Origin: Oscillospiraceae bacterium
GTDB taxonomy: Bacteria; Actinomycetota; Coriobacteriia; Coriobacteriales; Eggerthellaceae
Reading direction: 5' to 3'
Length of the DNA stretch: 64,000 bases
NCBI GenBank assembly: GCA_963635145.1
Contig: CAVHFE010000003.1
Location: forward strand, 23,357 to 87,356
Made by a program: the position numbers and the translations under genes. Below are positions 7,530-17,725 of the stretch, piece after piece (within the stretch, counting starts at the first letter, position 1; the number at the start of each line of letters is the position of its first letter). The notes beneath the pieces were generated by a model. It was not told the DNA's origin and searched no databases. It saw nothing but the letters and a program-made list of their open reading frames with translations.

Positions 7530-10309
7530 CGCGCCGCAATATAGAGCTGGCGCTGCTTTGCATCGCGGCGCCCTTGGTCATCCTGCTTTTCATCATGGTG
7601 GCCCTGAACAGCGGCGAGAGTCTGGGTTGGCAGAACCTGGGCGTGCCCGCCGGCATGTTCGCCTGCTTCGTGGTTGCCCATCTTGCCATCCGAAAGCTAG
7701 CCCCCGGCGCCGACCCGGCCATCCTGCCCATCGCGTTCGCGCTTTCGGGTATCGGCATCGCCTTCATCACCAGGCTCGACCCAAACCTTGCCTCGCGCCA
7801 GATCATCTGGCTGTTCGTGGGCGTCATCTTCATGGTTGCCACCTTGGTGGTTCTGCGCAACTTGGACAAGGTGGCCAACTACAAGTACACGCTGATGATC
7901 TTCGGCTGCCTGCTTCTGCTTTCGCCCTTGCTCCCGGGCATCGGCTCCGAGCAGTACGGTAGTCGCATCTGGCTTTCCGTCGGCGGATTCAGTTTCCAGC
8001 CGGGCGAAATCGCCAAAATCCTGATAGTGCTCTTCTTGGCCAGTTACCTGGCGCAAAACCGCGAGCTTTTGTCCACCTCAACCCGCAAGATCGGCCCCTT
8101 CAGCCTGCCCGATTTGCCCACTCTTCTGCCCTTGCTCATCATGTGGGCAATCTCGATGCTCATCGTCGTCTTCGAGAAGGACCTGGGCTCGGCCATCGTG
8201 GTCTTTCTGGTGTTCCTGGCGATGCTCTACGTCGCGTCGGGCCGCAAGCTCTACCTGGTTGTGGGCCTTGTTTTCGTCACGCTGGGCTTCGTGGTTTGCT
8301 ACTACACCTTCTCGCACGTGCAAACGCGCGTCGACATTTGGCTCAACCCCTTCAGCGACCCCACCAACAAGGGCTACCAGCTGGTGCAGTCGCTCTACTC
8401 GCTGGCCGACGGCGGCCTGTTCGGTGTGGGCATCGGCTCGGGCATGGCCGAGCGCATCCCCATCGTCGAGTCCGACTTCATCTTCGCCTGCATCGGTGAG
8501 GAAACGGGCTTGCTCGGCGCTTCGGGCCTTTTGCTTTTGTATCTGTGCTTCGCGATCCGCGGCATGGTAAGCGCTTCCCGCGCCAAGTCCGACGTTAGCT
8601 CCTTCATTGCCGTGGGCGTTACCGCCATCATCGTCGTGCAGGCCTTCATCATCGTCGGCGGCGTCACGGGCTTCATTCCCCTTACGGGTTTGACCTTGCC
8701 CTTCGTCAGCCAGGGCGGCTCTTCTTTGCTTGCAAGCTTCATCATCGTCGGCCTGCTTTTGCGCTGCGGTGACGAAAGCCAGGGCAGCAAGGCCGAGCTT
8801 ATTTCCGCCACCACCCAGTTCGCCACCATCGGCGGCAAGCATAGCCAGGCGCTCGAGGCCGATGCCACGGGCGTGTTGGGGCGCGTGTCGCTGGGCAGGC
8901 GCATCACCGCGGTGATGGTGGCCTTTGCCCTGATGATGGCGGCGCTCATCGCCAACCTGACCATGGTCATGGTGGTCAACGCGTCCAACTATCAGAACAT
9001 GTCGGGCAACAACCACACCCTGGCCAAGGAGTCCAAGACCGAGCGCGGCACCATCAGCACCGAGGATGGCGTGGTTCTGGCCAAGAGCGTCCTGCAGAAG
9101 GACGGCACCTACAAGCGCGAGTACCCTGCCGGCACGCTGGCCTCGCACGTGGTGGGTTACGCATCGCAAACCTACGGCACCGCAGGAATCGAGGCCGCTT
9201 GCAACGATACCCTGAAGGGCGAGCGTAACTTCTCCAGCTGGATGGATGTTGTCAACAACGCAACGGGCAACACTACCGCGGGCAACGACGTCAAGCTGAC
9301 CATCAACTCCAAGATCCAGAAGGCCGCCGAAAAGGCGCTCGACGGCTACAAGGGTGCCTGCGTGGTCATGGACCCCGAAACCGGCGCGGTGTTGGCTATG
9401 GCTTCGGCTCCCACCTACTCCAACTCCGACGTTGAATCGCTCCTTTCGGGCAATAGCGATTCCTCGCTCTACAACCGCGCTACCCAGGCGCTCTACACGC
9501 CGGGTTCCACCTTCAAGATCGTTTCCCTGGCCACCGCGTTCGAGAACAACACGGCATCCGAGGACACCAAGTTCAATGCGCCCGGCAGCATGGACATCGG
9601 CAACGCGGAAGTCACCAATATGCACAAGACTTCCTACGGCGAGATCACGCTTGCCCGTGCCACCGAGCTTTCGTCCAACACCGTGTTCGGCCAGCTGGGC
9701 GCCAAGATCGGCCCGCAAAAGCTGGTCGAGGGCTCCGAGGCCTTCGGCTTCAACGACTCGCTCGACTTCGATCTTCCTTTGGCCAAGTCGCTCATGCCCG
9801 ATTACAGCGAGATGACCGAGTGGGAAACCGCTTGGGCAGCGTGCGGCATGCCCGTTGGCGAGCACACCAGTCCCGCCGGTCCACAGACCACCGTCTTGCA
9901 GATGGCCATGGTCGGTTCGGCCATCGCCAACGACGGCGTGATCCAGCAGCCTCACCTGGTGGACAGCATCTACAGTCCTACGGGTGAGTGCAGCTGGACG
10001 GCCACCAGCCAGGCCTACGCCAAGGCTTGCTCGGCCGAGACGGCCAATCGCGTGAAGAAGGTCCTTGAGGGCGTTGTGAAGAACGGCACCGGCCACGCCG
10101 CTAAGATCAGCGGCACCACCATCGCCGGCAAGACGGGCACAGCCGAAACGGGCAAGGCCAAGGACGACAGCTGGTTCGTCGGCATGGGCCCCAGCTCGGA
10201 CTGCAAGATGGTTATCGCCATCGTGCTTGAGGAAAGCGGTTCGGGAGTGGCTGCCGCCCGTTCGAATCAAGTTATGAAGACGGCATTGGAAGAGCAAAAC
10301 GCACTCTAG
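7526..10309 (+). CDS. Fused SEDS glycosyltransferase (RodA/FtsW) and class B penicillin-binding transpeptidase (PbpA)
   Basis: SEDS motifs FQPGEIAK, EKDLG, ESDFIF, GLTLPFVSQGGSS; transpeptidase motifs GSTFK (SxxK), SSN (SxN), KTGT, all in one 927-aa ORF. Confidence 0.92.
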   Translation: MTRRNIELALLCIAAPLVILLFIMVALNSGESLGWQNLGVPAGMFACFVVAHLAIRKLAPGADPAILPIAFALSGIGIAFITRLDPNLASRQIIWLFVGVIFMVATLVVLRNLDKVANYKYTLMIFGCLLLLSPLLPGIGSEQYGSRIWLSVGGFSFQPGEIAKILIVLFLASYLAQNRELLSTSTRKIGPFSLPDLPTLLPLLIMWAISMLIVVFEKDLGSAIVVFLVFLAMLYVASGRKLYLVVGLVFVTLGFVVCYYTFSHVQTRVDIWLNPFSDPTNKGYQLVQSLYSLADGGLFGVGIGSGMAERIPIVESDFIFACIGEETGLLGASGLLLLYLCFAIRGMVSASRAKSDVSSFIAVGVTAIIVVQAFIIVGGVTGFIPLTGLTLPFVSQGGSSLLASFIIVGLLLRCGDESQGSKAELISATTQFATIGGKHSQALEADATGVLGRVSLGRRITAVMVAFALMMAALIANLTMVMVVNASNYQNMSGNNHTLAKESKTERGTISTEDGVVLAKSVLQKDGTYKREYPAGTLASHVVGYASQTYGTAGIEAACNDTLKGERNFSSWMDVVNNATGNTTAGNDVKLTINSKIQKAAEKALDGYKGACVVMDPETGAVLAMASAPTYSNSDVESLLSGNSDSSLYNRATQALYTPGSTFKIVSLATAFENNTASEDTKFNAPGSMDIGNAEVTNMHKTSYGEITLARATELSSNTVFGQLGAKIGPQKLVEGSEAFGFNDSLDFDLPLAKSLMPDYSEMTEWETAWAACGMPVGEHTSPAGPQTTVLQMAMVGSAIANDGVIQQPHLVDSIYSPTGECSWTATSQAYAKACSAETANRVKKVLEGVVKNGTGHAAKISGTTIAGKTGTAETGKAKDDSWFVGMGPSSDCKMVIAIVLEESGSGVAAARSNQVMKTALEEQNAL

Positions 10310-10398
10310 AAATTGCGTGAAGAAATATATAGTTAGGTTATGCTAGCGTGACCACTGGAGGCAGGGTTCGCGCTGTAGGTTTCAAAAGGAGTTTTGAC

Positions 10399-12426
10399 GT
10401 GGCAGGAAGCATGGTAGGAAGGGTCTTAAACGACCGATACGAAATAACCGAACGCGTTGGTATCGGCGGAATGGCCGAGGTGTACCGTGCGCAGGACAAG
10501 GTCCTGGGTCGTATGGTCGCCGTCAAAGTCATGCTGCCCCAGTACGCCGCGGATGAAACCTTCACCAAGCGCTTCCGCCTGGAAGCCGCATCGGCTGCGC
10601 GCCTGCAGAGCCCCTACATCGTGAGCATTTACGACTGGGGCCTCGATGGCGAAACCTATTACATCGTCATGGAGTTCCTGCGCGGCACCGACCTTAAAAC
10701 CGCCATTCAAGAGCGCGGCGCGGTCAACCAGCGCAAGGTCGCCGAAATCGGCTCGCAGGTTGCGCAGGCCCTGTCGGTCGCGCATGCGGCGAGTATCATC
10801 CACCGCGACATCAAGCCGCAGAACATCATGATCCAGCCCGATGGCAACATCAAGGTCATGGACTTCGGGATCGCTCGCGCGGGCGACGCCGGCCTTTCGC
10901 AAACCTCCACCGTCCTGGGAACCGCCCACTACGTTTCGCCCGAGCAGGCGCAAGGTAAGGAGCTTGGCGCCGCAAGCGACATCTACTCGCTCGGCATCGT
11001 CATGTACGAGGCCGTTACCGGCAAGTTGCCCTTCGAGGGCCAGGATGCCGTGAGCGTCGCCGTCAAGCAGGTCAACGAGATTCCTGCTCCTCCTTCGTCG
11101 ATCAATCCCAACATCGACCCAACGCTCGAGCTCATCATCATGAAGGCCTTGGAAAAGGAACCTTCCAACCGCTTCACCGACGCATCCGAGATGCGCCATG
11201 CCTTGAACGATTACCTGGCTGGTCGCCCGGTGAACATCGGCGACGTTTCCTCCATGCCCACCACGGTCATGGGTGCGGGCGCTGCCGGCGCTTCCACCAC
11301 GGTGATGCCTCGCTCGGCTGCCGCGGCAACGCCCGGTGCCACCACCGCGATGCCCGCCCAGCAGGGGCGCGGTGCCAACCCCGCCGCCGCCAACTACTCG
11401 GCTGCGGATGAATCCAGCAAGCCCAACGGCAACCGCAACAAGATCATTGCGGGCGTTGTTGCCGTTATCGCCATCATCGCCATCGCCGCCGGCGTTTTCG
11501 CGCTGATGAACTCCGGCGCCGAGATGGTCGATGTTCCCAAGGTCGCCGGCGAAACCACGCAGCAGGCAACCGCCGACTTGCAGGCGGCCGGCTTCGTCGT
11601 CGGCGAAACGACCGAGGTCTTCAACTCCGAAATCGAGGAGGGCAAGGTCGTCAACACCAACCCCGAAGGCGGCATGAAGGCCGAAAAGGGCTCCACCGTC
11701 AGCCTTACCGTTTCCAAGGGCACCGAGACCGTGAAGGTCCCCAATCTGCTTGGCAAGACCGCCGAGGAAGCGCAGTCCGCGCTTGAGGCGGTTGGCCTGA
11801 ACGGCGAGCAGGGCGACGACGTTTACTCCGATAAGTACGACGAGGGCAAGGTTGCCGAGCAGTCCGTGAAGTCGGGCAACAAGGCCAACAAGGGCGACAC
11901 GATCACCTTCAAGGTGTCCAAGGGCTCCAATCAGGTTGACATCCCCAACGTCGTGGGCTTCACACGTAGCGCAGCTGAAAGCGCCATCGAGGACGCCGGC
12001 TTCCGCTACGACACCACCTACGCTTACAGCGATTACGTGTCCGAGGGCAACGTTATCAGCCAGAACAAGACCGGCAAGGCCAAGGAAGGCACCACCATCC
12101 GCATTGTGGTGAGCCAGGGCAAGAAGCCCGAGGAGAACGTGAGCATCCCCAGCGTTGTGGGCATGAGCGAGTCCTCTGCGGAGTCCGCGCTTGAAAATGC
12201 TGGCTTCCTTTACGATGCCAAGTACCAGACGGTAAGCGACGCAAGCAAGGATGGCGTTGTTATCAAGCAGAACAAGTCCGGCACGGCTAAGAAGGGCGCC
12301 ACCATCACGATCACCATCGGTATCGGCCCCGACGACGATTCCTCGGATGACGATTCCAGCTCCAGCGGCACGGATTCGAATTCCGGTTCGAACTCCGGGT
12401 CCAGCACCAAGAAAAGCACGAACTAA
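10399..12426 (+). CDS. pknB: PASTA-domain Ser/Thr protein kinase
   Basis: GIGGMAEV, VAVK, HRDIKPQN, DFGIA, YVSPEQ, TM helix, four PASTA repeats (VPKV, VPNL, IPNV, IPSV); AGGAG before GTG 10399. Confidence 0.95.
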   Translation: MAGSMVGRVLNDRYEITERVGIGGMAEVYRAQDKVLGRMVAVKVMLPQYAADETFTKRFRLEAASAARLQSPYIVSIYDWGLDGETYYIVMEFLRGTDLKTAIQERGAVNQRKVAEIGSQVAQALSVAHAASIIHRDIKPQNIMIQPDGNIKVMDFGIARAGDAGLSQTSTVLGTAHYVSPEQAQGKELGAASDIYSLGIVMYEAVTGKLPFEGQDAVSVAVKQVNEIPAPPSSINPNIDPTLELIIMKALEKEPSNRFTDASEMRHALNDYLAGRPVNIGDVSSMPTTVMGAGAAGASTTVMPRSAAAATPGATTAMPAQQGRGANPAAANYSAADESSKPNGNRNKIIAGVVAVIAIIAIAAGVFALMNSGAEMVDVPKVAGETTQQATADLQAAGFVVGETTEVFNSEIEEGKVVNTNPEGGMKAEKGSTVSLTVSKGTETVKVPNLLGKTAEEAQSALEAVGLNGEQGDDVYSDKYDEGKVAEQSVKSGNKANKGDTITFKVSKGSNQVDIPNVVGFTRSAAESAIEDAGFRYDTTYAYSDYVSEGNVISQNKTGKAKEGTTIRIVVSQGKKPEENVSIPSVVGMSESSAESALENAGFLYDAKYQTVSDASKDGVVIKQNKSGTAKKGATITITIGIGPDDDSSDDDSSSSGTDSNSGSNSGSSTKKSTN

Positions 12427-12480
12427 AGCGTGCGTTTCTGGCGAAGGCCTGCAAGCACGTGCTAGAATCTTCTATCACTT

Positions 12481-12556
12481 GCCCTCGTAGCTCAGCGGAT
12501 AGAGCGTCGGTTTCCTAAACCGTGCGTCGGAGGTTCGATTCCTCTCGGGGGCACCA
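12481..12556 (+). tRNA. tRNA-Arg(CCT)
   Basis: GCCCTCGTAGCTCAGCGGATAGAGCG-TCGGT-TTCCTAA-ACCGT...GGTTCGATTCC...CCA; TGnTAGAAT extended -10 just upstream. Confidence 0.96.
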
Positions 12557-12562
12557 CTTAAA

Positions 12563-12606
12563 AACAAACCCCGACCTGGTAATTTCCAGGTCGGGGTTTT
12601 GCTTTT
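12563..12606 (+). terminator. Intrinsic terminator after tRNA-Arg
   Basis: AAACCCCGACCTGG-loop-CCAGGTCGGGGTTT then T-rich tail. Confidence 0.8.
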
Positions 12607-12767
12607 CAAGACCTTTTCCATAGCGCTTCGGGCAAAAGGCGTTAAGACCTAAGAAACCCCTAGCCAGGGTGCAAATATCGCTCAGCGCCCGTGTAGCCAC
12701 GGATGCTATGCGTTAGCGTTAAAATCAACGCAAGAGAAAGGCAATACATACAAGGGAAAGGCCTCTT

Positions 12768-15700
12768 ATGAAGACGTCCCGTTTCCAGCGGCTTGCAGCC
12801 TACGCAGCGGCCGCAGCGCTCGCTTTCGCGCTCTGCGCGTTCGCCCTCGTTGCGATTGCGCAACCGCAGCAGGCATACGCAGATGAGAAGCCCATCGGCA
12901 CCGTCCAATGCTTTATGGATGCCGAGGGCACCAAGCCTATCGACAGCGAGGGCCCCTATCCTATCGCTAGCGAGTCGCTTCTTATCGAGGCCCTTGAGTC
13001 CTATTCCAAGCTCGGCGTTAAGAGCATCACGATTACGATGAGCAAAGATTGGTATACCAAGGACGCTGGTCGTATTGTGATCGAAGAGGGCCTAACGCTC
13101 CGCCTCAAGATGAACGGTCACATGATCAACCGCGATAAGTACGAGTTCGATAGCGACGGTGCTGTCGGCCATGGCAGCGGCGAGGTCATCCATATGAAGA
13201 AGAACTCGAAGCTCTACGTCGATGGCGGCACTAAAGACACATCGCACGTGGGATTCCTTAAGAAAACTTCATATCGCTTCCAGGGTGAGTACAATATCTG
13301 GCAACCGAGCGATGAGCCCGCTACTTCAGCTGGCGCTGTCGTAATCAACGGCGGCGTCATCGCTGGCGGTTTCTGCGATGACAAGACGGGCGGCGGCGGT
13401 ATCTCGACCGAGGGCGAGGGCGTTACCATTGAGCTTAAGGACGTCACGGTTGCGGGCAACTTCTCCGACGAGTACGGCCTTCTTTACGGTAACGGCGGAG
13501 GTGTCGCCATCCATGGCAAGAACTCCACTCTCGTCCTCGACCATGCCAACGTGTCTTACAACGGATCGGATTCCTGCGGCGCCGGTATTTACGTGCGCGA
13601 GAAGGACTGTTCCGTCACCGTCAAGAACGGCAGTAGCGTTGATCATAACTATGCTGTAAGCGACGGCGGCGGCATCTACATCGATGAGGACAGCACGCCG
13701 CTTACCATCGAGGGCTCGTCCGTCAGCGATAACAGGACCCGCTACGATGGCGGCGGCATCTATATGGATGGCAAAGGAAAGTTAACCGTCAAGGGCTCGA
13801 CCTTCAAGGGCAACAAAGCAGCCGATAACGGCGGCGCTATTTGCGTTGCCGTCGCCTGCGAGTTCCTCGTTGATGATTGCGAACTCACCGAGAACGCTGC
13901 CAATGACGGTGGTGGTGCCATCATGCACAAAGCTAGCAACGGCGCCTTCACCATCAAGAACTCGAAATTGCTGAGCAACAGCACGGGTGGTTTCGGCGGT
14001 GCTATCGCGGATTGGTACGATGGGACCACCATCAATATATCCGGCTGTACGATAAATAAGAACTATACCTGGTACAACAGCGCTGCCACGGATGTTGATG
14101 ACCACGGCGGCGGCGCCATACATCTTGAGGACAAAGCGACCCTTAATGTTGAGAACAGCGAGATTCGTGATAACACCTCGTCCTACACTGGTGGTGGCAT
14201 CAACGTTACCGATCCGTCGACCATCAATCTTGACAACTGCTCTATCCGCGGCAACAGAACCACTAGCTACGTAGGCGGTGGCGGTGGTATTGCCTTCTGC
14301 CCCAACTCCACCATCGGCAGCGCGGGCGAGATGTATCTCAACCTCAAGAACAAGACTTCTATCTGCTACAACATTGCTGACGGTATCGGCGGTGGAATCT
14401 ACGGGTATCGCAACTCTGTGAACGTTAAAGGCGATGGGACCTGCACCATCATCGGGAATCATGCCGATCGCACGGGCGCCGGCATCGGGTTCACGAGCGA
14501 AAGCGCCATGACTCAGAAGATCACGGTTGACAATGTGAAGATCACTGAGAATAGGGCCCATAGCGACGGCGGCGGCATCCATATCAACCGGAGCGAGTGC
14601 GTTTTGAAGGATGTCGAGATCACGCTTAACAAGAGTGATAACTGCAATGGTGCCGGCCTCTATGTGTCGTCGGACAAGTACTATGCTCTTACCTTCCAGG
14701 GCAAGGTGGTTATTGATAGGAACAACGTAGTAAGGTGGGATGGCTGGGAAAACGTGGCGAACACCTACCTCGACAACGCCGATCAGACCGTTTGCGGCGG
14801 CGATGGGGACAACGCTTTGTCGGCTGATAGTCGCATCGGTATCTATGCCGCCACTAACGACTCGGCTGATCGCAAGTTGTCGGGTAACGGGGCGTTCCTT
14901 CAGAATTTCAAGAACTTGAGCGACAGTGAATTTGCTCAGGCGTTCTATTCCGATCAAGCAAGTCACAAGGTCGTGAGGAAAGACGGTCATCTGTATCTCA
15001 AGACTCTCGGCGACGACAGACTGGATGAAGCATGGGCATTGAACGCCGTCGTCAACGGTCATACGCAAACGACCAATTACACCGTGGACAAAAGGTTGAC
15101 TCTGAATTCCGCTGATTATGCGGACTATGTTCCCGAGGGTAAGGTCATCGTCGGATGGAAAATCGAATCCTCCGATGGAACGAGCTCGTATCTAAGGGCT
15201 ACGGGCGGCAAGGTGACTTTCCGCAAGCCTCCTTGTGTGACTACTGCTACCGCTGTTTTCGGCGATAAGGTCACCAAGGTCAAAGCGAGCCTTTTGGACG
15301 CATGCGGAACGTGGAAGGAGCTGGGCAACAACAATAAGAAGGTCAAGCTAACCCTGTTGGAAGTTTCCACGGCAAAGGGTACTTTCACCATTCCTGCGAG
15401 CGTGGTGGCTAGCAAGGTCAACATCCCCAATGCAGACGAGGACAAAACCGCGTGCAACGAAACCAGCAGGAAGGCCACTTACAAGTTCCGTGTCGATCCG
15501 TCGTTGTTCGACGATTACGGCATGGGCGTGGCGGATGTCAGCGACTTGGAGCATGACGTGGATGTGAGCACCTTGGGCTTTGGCGAGGGCACGGTCGAGG
15601 AGGTCAAGTTCCAGGCAAATCCCTCCACCATGGAGGTTGCGGTAACGGTGACCTATACCAAGCCTGTCGAAGAGGCAAAAGCGAAGGTGACTTGTGTCAA

Positions 15701-17450
15701 CAAAAACGACAACAGCGCTGACGCCATCTCCTATGCCGAAACGTCGTTTTCGACTGAAGGGGACACCGAGGTAGTCGCCCCAAGCCTCGAAGGTTGGGCG
15801 TTTGACAGCTGGGGAGATTTGCCCGAGGGCGCTACCCTGAACGAGGACGGGCAAAGCGTTACGGTGGCCAAGGCCGACACCAGCGTTGAGCTCAAGGCCA
15901 ACTACATCCCCAAGGCAAGTGCGCTTGCCGTGCAGGTAACCGTGCCTACGAGCGCCGAGTTGGCAAGCGAGAGCAAGCTTGAGTCCTGCAAGCTCGTCGA
16001 CTCTGCGCAGATTCAGGATGTCACCGACGAGGCAAATGACGACGTGGACGTGGAGTGGAAAGAGGCAGAGGGTGGCTCCAAGCTTGTTGCCATTACGATG
16101 AAGCTCGATCAAAGCAAGCTCGGCTGCTTGATCGACGGATCCTCGATGTCGGGTGCGGTCAACGGCGTTGCCGGTAGCGTGTCTGTTGATGAAGATAAAG
16201 GCACGCAGACGGTCACCGCCACAATCCCCGCAGAGAGTGACAAGCGTCTTGACGCGTTGGTTACTAGCCTTGACGACGTAACTCTCTACGGCAGCGAGGA
16301 GCTCGAAAGCTACGCCGACAACTACCTGCCTGATACCGTGAGCTATCGCACCAAGAGCGGCTATGTGACGAGCGCCAACGTCAAGTGGAAGACCGGCGAT
16401 GTGGACACCACGCAGGATTCCTTCACCGTTGAGGGAAGCTTCACCGATGCTAGTTTCGCCACCCACAAGATAAGCCGTAGTTTCAAGGTCGAGGATAAGC
16501 TTGAGGCGCCTTCCGTAAGCACGCAAGGGGGCATTCACGAAAGCACGACCGTGGGCTTCAGGCAGGCTAGCAGTTGGGGCAATCCAAGCTCCATCGATTA
16601 CCATTACTACGTGGGCGGCAAAGACGATGAAGCCGATAAGATCAGCCTTGATACTTATAAAGCCGGTGAGTCCGTCGACATCGACAAGAGCTGCAAGCTG
16701 TTCGTCTACGCGACGCTGACGTACAAGAGCGAAGAGGAAGGCGTTGCCGATCGCACCGTCACCACGGCTGTCGCAAGTTACGAATATACGCTCAGGACCG
16801 TTCATGAGCTCACGGTTACGGGTGGCACCGCGCATGTAAGCGGTACGGGCAACAAGGCCGCAAGCAGCGCCAACACGGGTGACGAGGTCACGATCAAGGC
16901 TCAGGTGCCCGAAGGCAAGAAGTTCGATAAATGGGTGGTTGTCAAAGGGGACGTCACGCTTGACTCGGAGCTAAGGACGAAGACCAAGTTCGAGATGCCC
17001 GACTCCGATGTGGAAATCAAGGCTACCTTCATCGATCCGGAATCGGATGACGCCACACCCACTCCCGCTCCCGTGGTGAGCAAGGTCAGCTCGGTCAAGT
17101 ACCAGGGCAACACTTATACGCTTTCGGGCAAGGTGCTCAAACTCACCAAAGTGGCCAAGTCCAAGAAGAAGGTCACCATCCCCGCCAAGCTCAAGATCAA
17201 CGGCTCCTACGTGAAGGTGGCCAAGGTGAAGGCCAAGGTGTTCAAGGGCACCAAGGTGAAGACGGTCATCGTGAAGAGCGGCAATCTCACCAAGAAGGGC
17301 CTGAAGAACTGCCTGAAGTCCAGCAAGGTGAAGACGGTCAAGGTCAAGGTTAGCAAGTCCAAGAAGGCCAACGCCAAGCAGGTGAAGAAGTACAGGAAGT
17401 ACCTCAAGAAGTCCAACAGCGGCAAGAAGGTCACGGTGAGGCGCGGCTAG
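12768..17450 (+). CDS. Large secreted/surface protein 1: GG[A/G]I parallel beta-helix repeats, Ig-like/InlB-B-like stalk, Lys-rich C-terminal domain
   Basis: Signal peptide ending AYA-D; about 15 N..GG[A/G]I repeats; PEGKKFDKW..F.MP.SDVEIKATF module; basic tail; 1560 aa. Confidence 0.85.
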   Translation: MKTSRFQRLAAYAAAAALAFALCAFALVAIAQPQQAYADEKPIGTVQCFMDAEGTKPIDSEGPYPIASESLLIEALESYSKLGVKSITITMSKDWYTKDAGRIVIEEGLTLRLKMNGHMINRDKYEFDSDGAVGHGSGEVIHMKKNSKLYVDGGTKDTSHVGFLKKTSYRFQGEYNIWQPSDEPATSAGAVVINGGVIAGGFCDDKTGGGGISTEGEGVTIELKDVTVAGNFSDEYGLLYGNGGGVAIHGKNSTLVLDHANVSYNGSDSCGAGIYVREKDCSVTVKNGSSVDHNYAVSDGGGIYIDEDSTPLTIEGSSVSDNRTRYDGGGIYMDGKGKLTVKGSTFKGNKAADNGGAICVAVACEFLVDDCELTENAANDGGGAIMHKASNGAFTIKNSKLLSNSTGGFGGAIADWYDGTTINISGCTINKNYTWYNSAATDVDDHGGGAIHLEDKATLNVENSEIRDNTSSYTGGGINVTDPSTINLDNCSIRGNRTTSYVGGGGGIAFCPNSTIGSAGEMYLNLKNKTSICYNIADGIGGGIYGYRNSVNVKGDGTCTIIGNHADRTGAGIGFTSESAMTQKITVDNVKITENRAHSDGGGIHINRSECVLKDVEITLNKSDNCNGAGLYVSSDKYYALTFQGKVVIDRNNVVRWDGWENVANTYLDNADQTVCGGDGDNALSADSRIGIYAATNDSADRKLSGNGAFLQNFKNLSDSEFAQAFYSDQASHKVVRKDGHLYLKTLGDDRLDEAWALNAVVNGHTQTTNYTVDKRLTLNSADYADYVPEGKVIVGWKIESSDGTSSYLRATGGKVTFRKPPCVTTATAVFGDKVTKVKASLLDACGTWKELGNNNKKVKLTLLEVSTAKGTFTIPASVVASKVNIPNADEDKTACNETSRKATYKFRVDPSLFDDYGMGVADVSDLEHDVDVSTLGFGEGTVEEVKFQANPSTMEVAVTVTYTKPVEEAKAKVTCVNKNDNSADAISYAETSFSTEGDTEVVAPSLEGWAFDSWGDLPEGATLNEDGQSVTVAKADTSVELKANYIPKASALAVQVTVPTSAELASESKLESCKLVDSAQIQDVTDEANDDVDVEWKEAEGGSKLVAITMKLDQSKLGCLIDGSSMSGAVNGVAGSVSVDEDKGTQTVTATIPAESDKRLDALVTSLDDVTLYGSEELESYADNYLPDTVSYRTKSGYVTSANVKWKTGDVDTTQDSFTVEGSFTDASFATHKISRSFKVEDKLEAPSVSTQGGIHESTTVGFRQASSWGNPSSIDYHYYVGGKDDEADKISLDTYKAGESVDIDKSCKLFVYATLTYKSEEEGVADRTVTTAVASYEYTLRTVHELTVTGGTAHVSGTGNKAASSANTGDEVTIKAQVPEGKKFDKWVVVKGDVTLDSELRTKTKFEMPDSDVEIKATFIDPESDDATPTPAPVVSKVSSVKYQGNTYTLSGKVLKLTKVAKSKKKVTIPAKLKINGSYVKVAKVKAKVFKGTKVKTVIVKSGNLTKKGLKNCLKSSKVKTVKVKVSKSKKANAKQVKKYRKYLKKSNSGKKVTVRRG

Positions 17451-17455
17451 CGCGC
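17058..17455 (+). repeat. Direct repeat copy 1 (398 bp) encoding the C-terminal Lys-rich cassette
   Basis: Matches 22238-22635 except at 17351, 17405 and 17434. Confidence 0.97.
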
Positions 17456-17524
17456 TGTTCGCTCGCCCGCCTGGTCTAGCGCCTGCTGACAGCAATCGCG
17501 TGCCCTAAACCGATCAGCGCGAAC

Positions 17525-17568
17525 AACGAAGCGCCCGGATGGTCGATGCCATGCCGGGCGCTTCGTTT
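17525..17568 (+). terminator. Terminator-like hairpin after surface protein 1
   Basis: AACGAAGCGCCCGG...CCGGGCGCTTCGTT; related to the hairpin at 22670. Confidence 0.7.
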
Positions 17569-17725
17569 CGTAGATCGACCAAGCTAAATAGTGTACCTTC
17601 CAGCATCTCCAGCGCTGCAGCATCCTAAATGCAACGTAACAAAGTCCGCTGCAGCCAGCCTGCACGTTCCCTTCGCAGTAAAATAAAAAGATTGAGAAAG
17701 GCAATATGCAAGGGAAAGGCCTCTC

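Noticed and set aside
8078..10297. 739-aa minus-strand ORF
   Set aside because: Antisense shadow of rodA::pbpA; no family motifs
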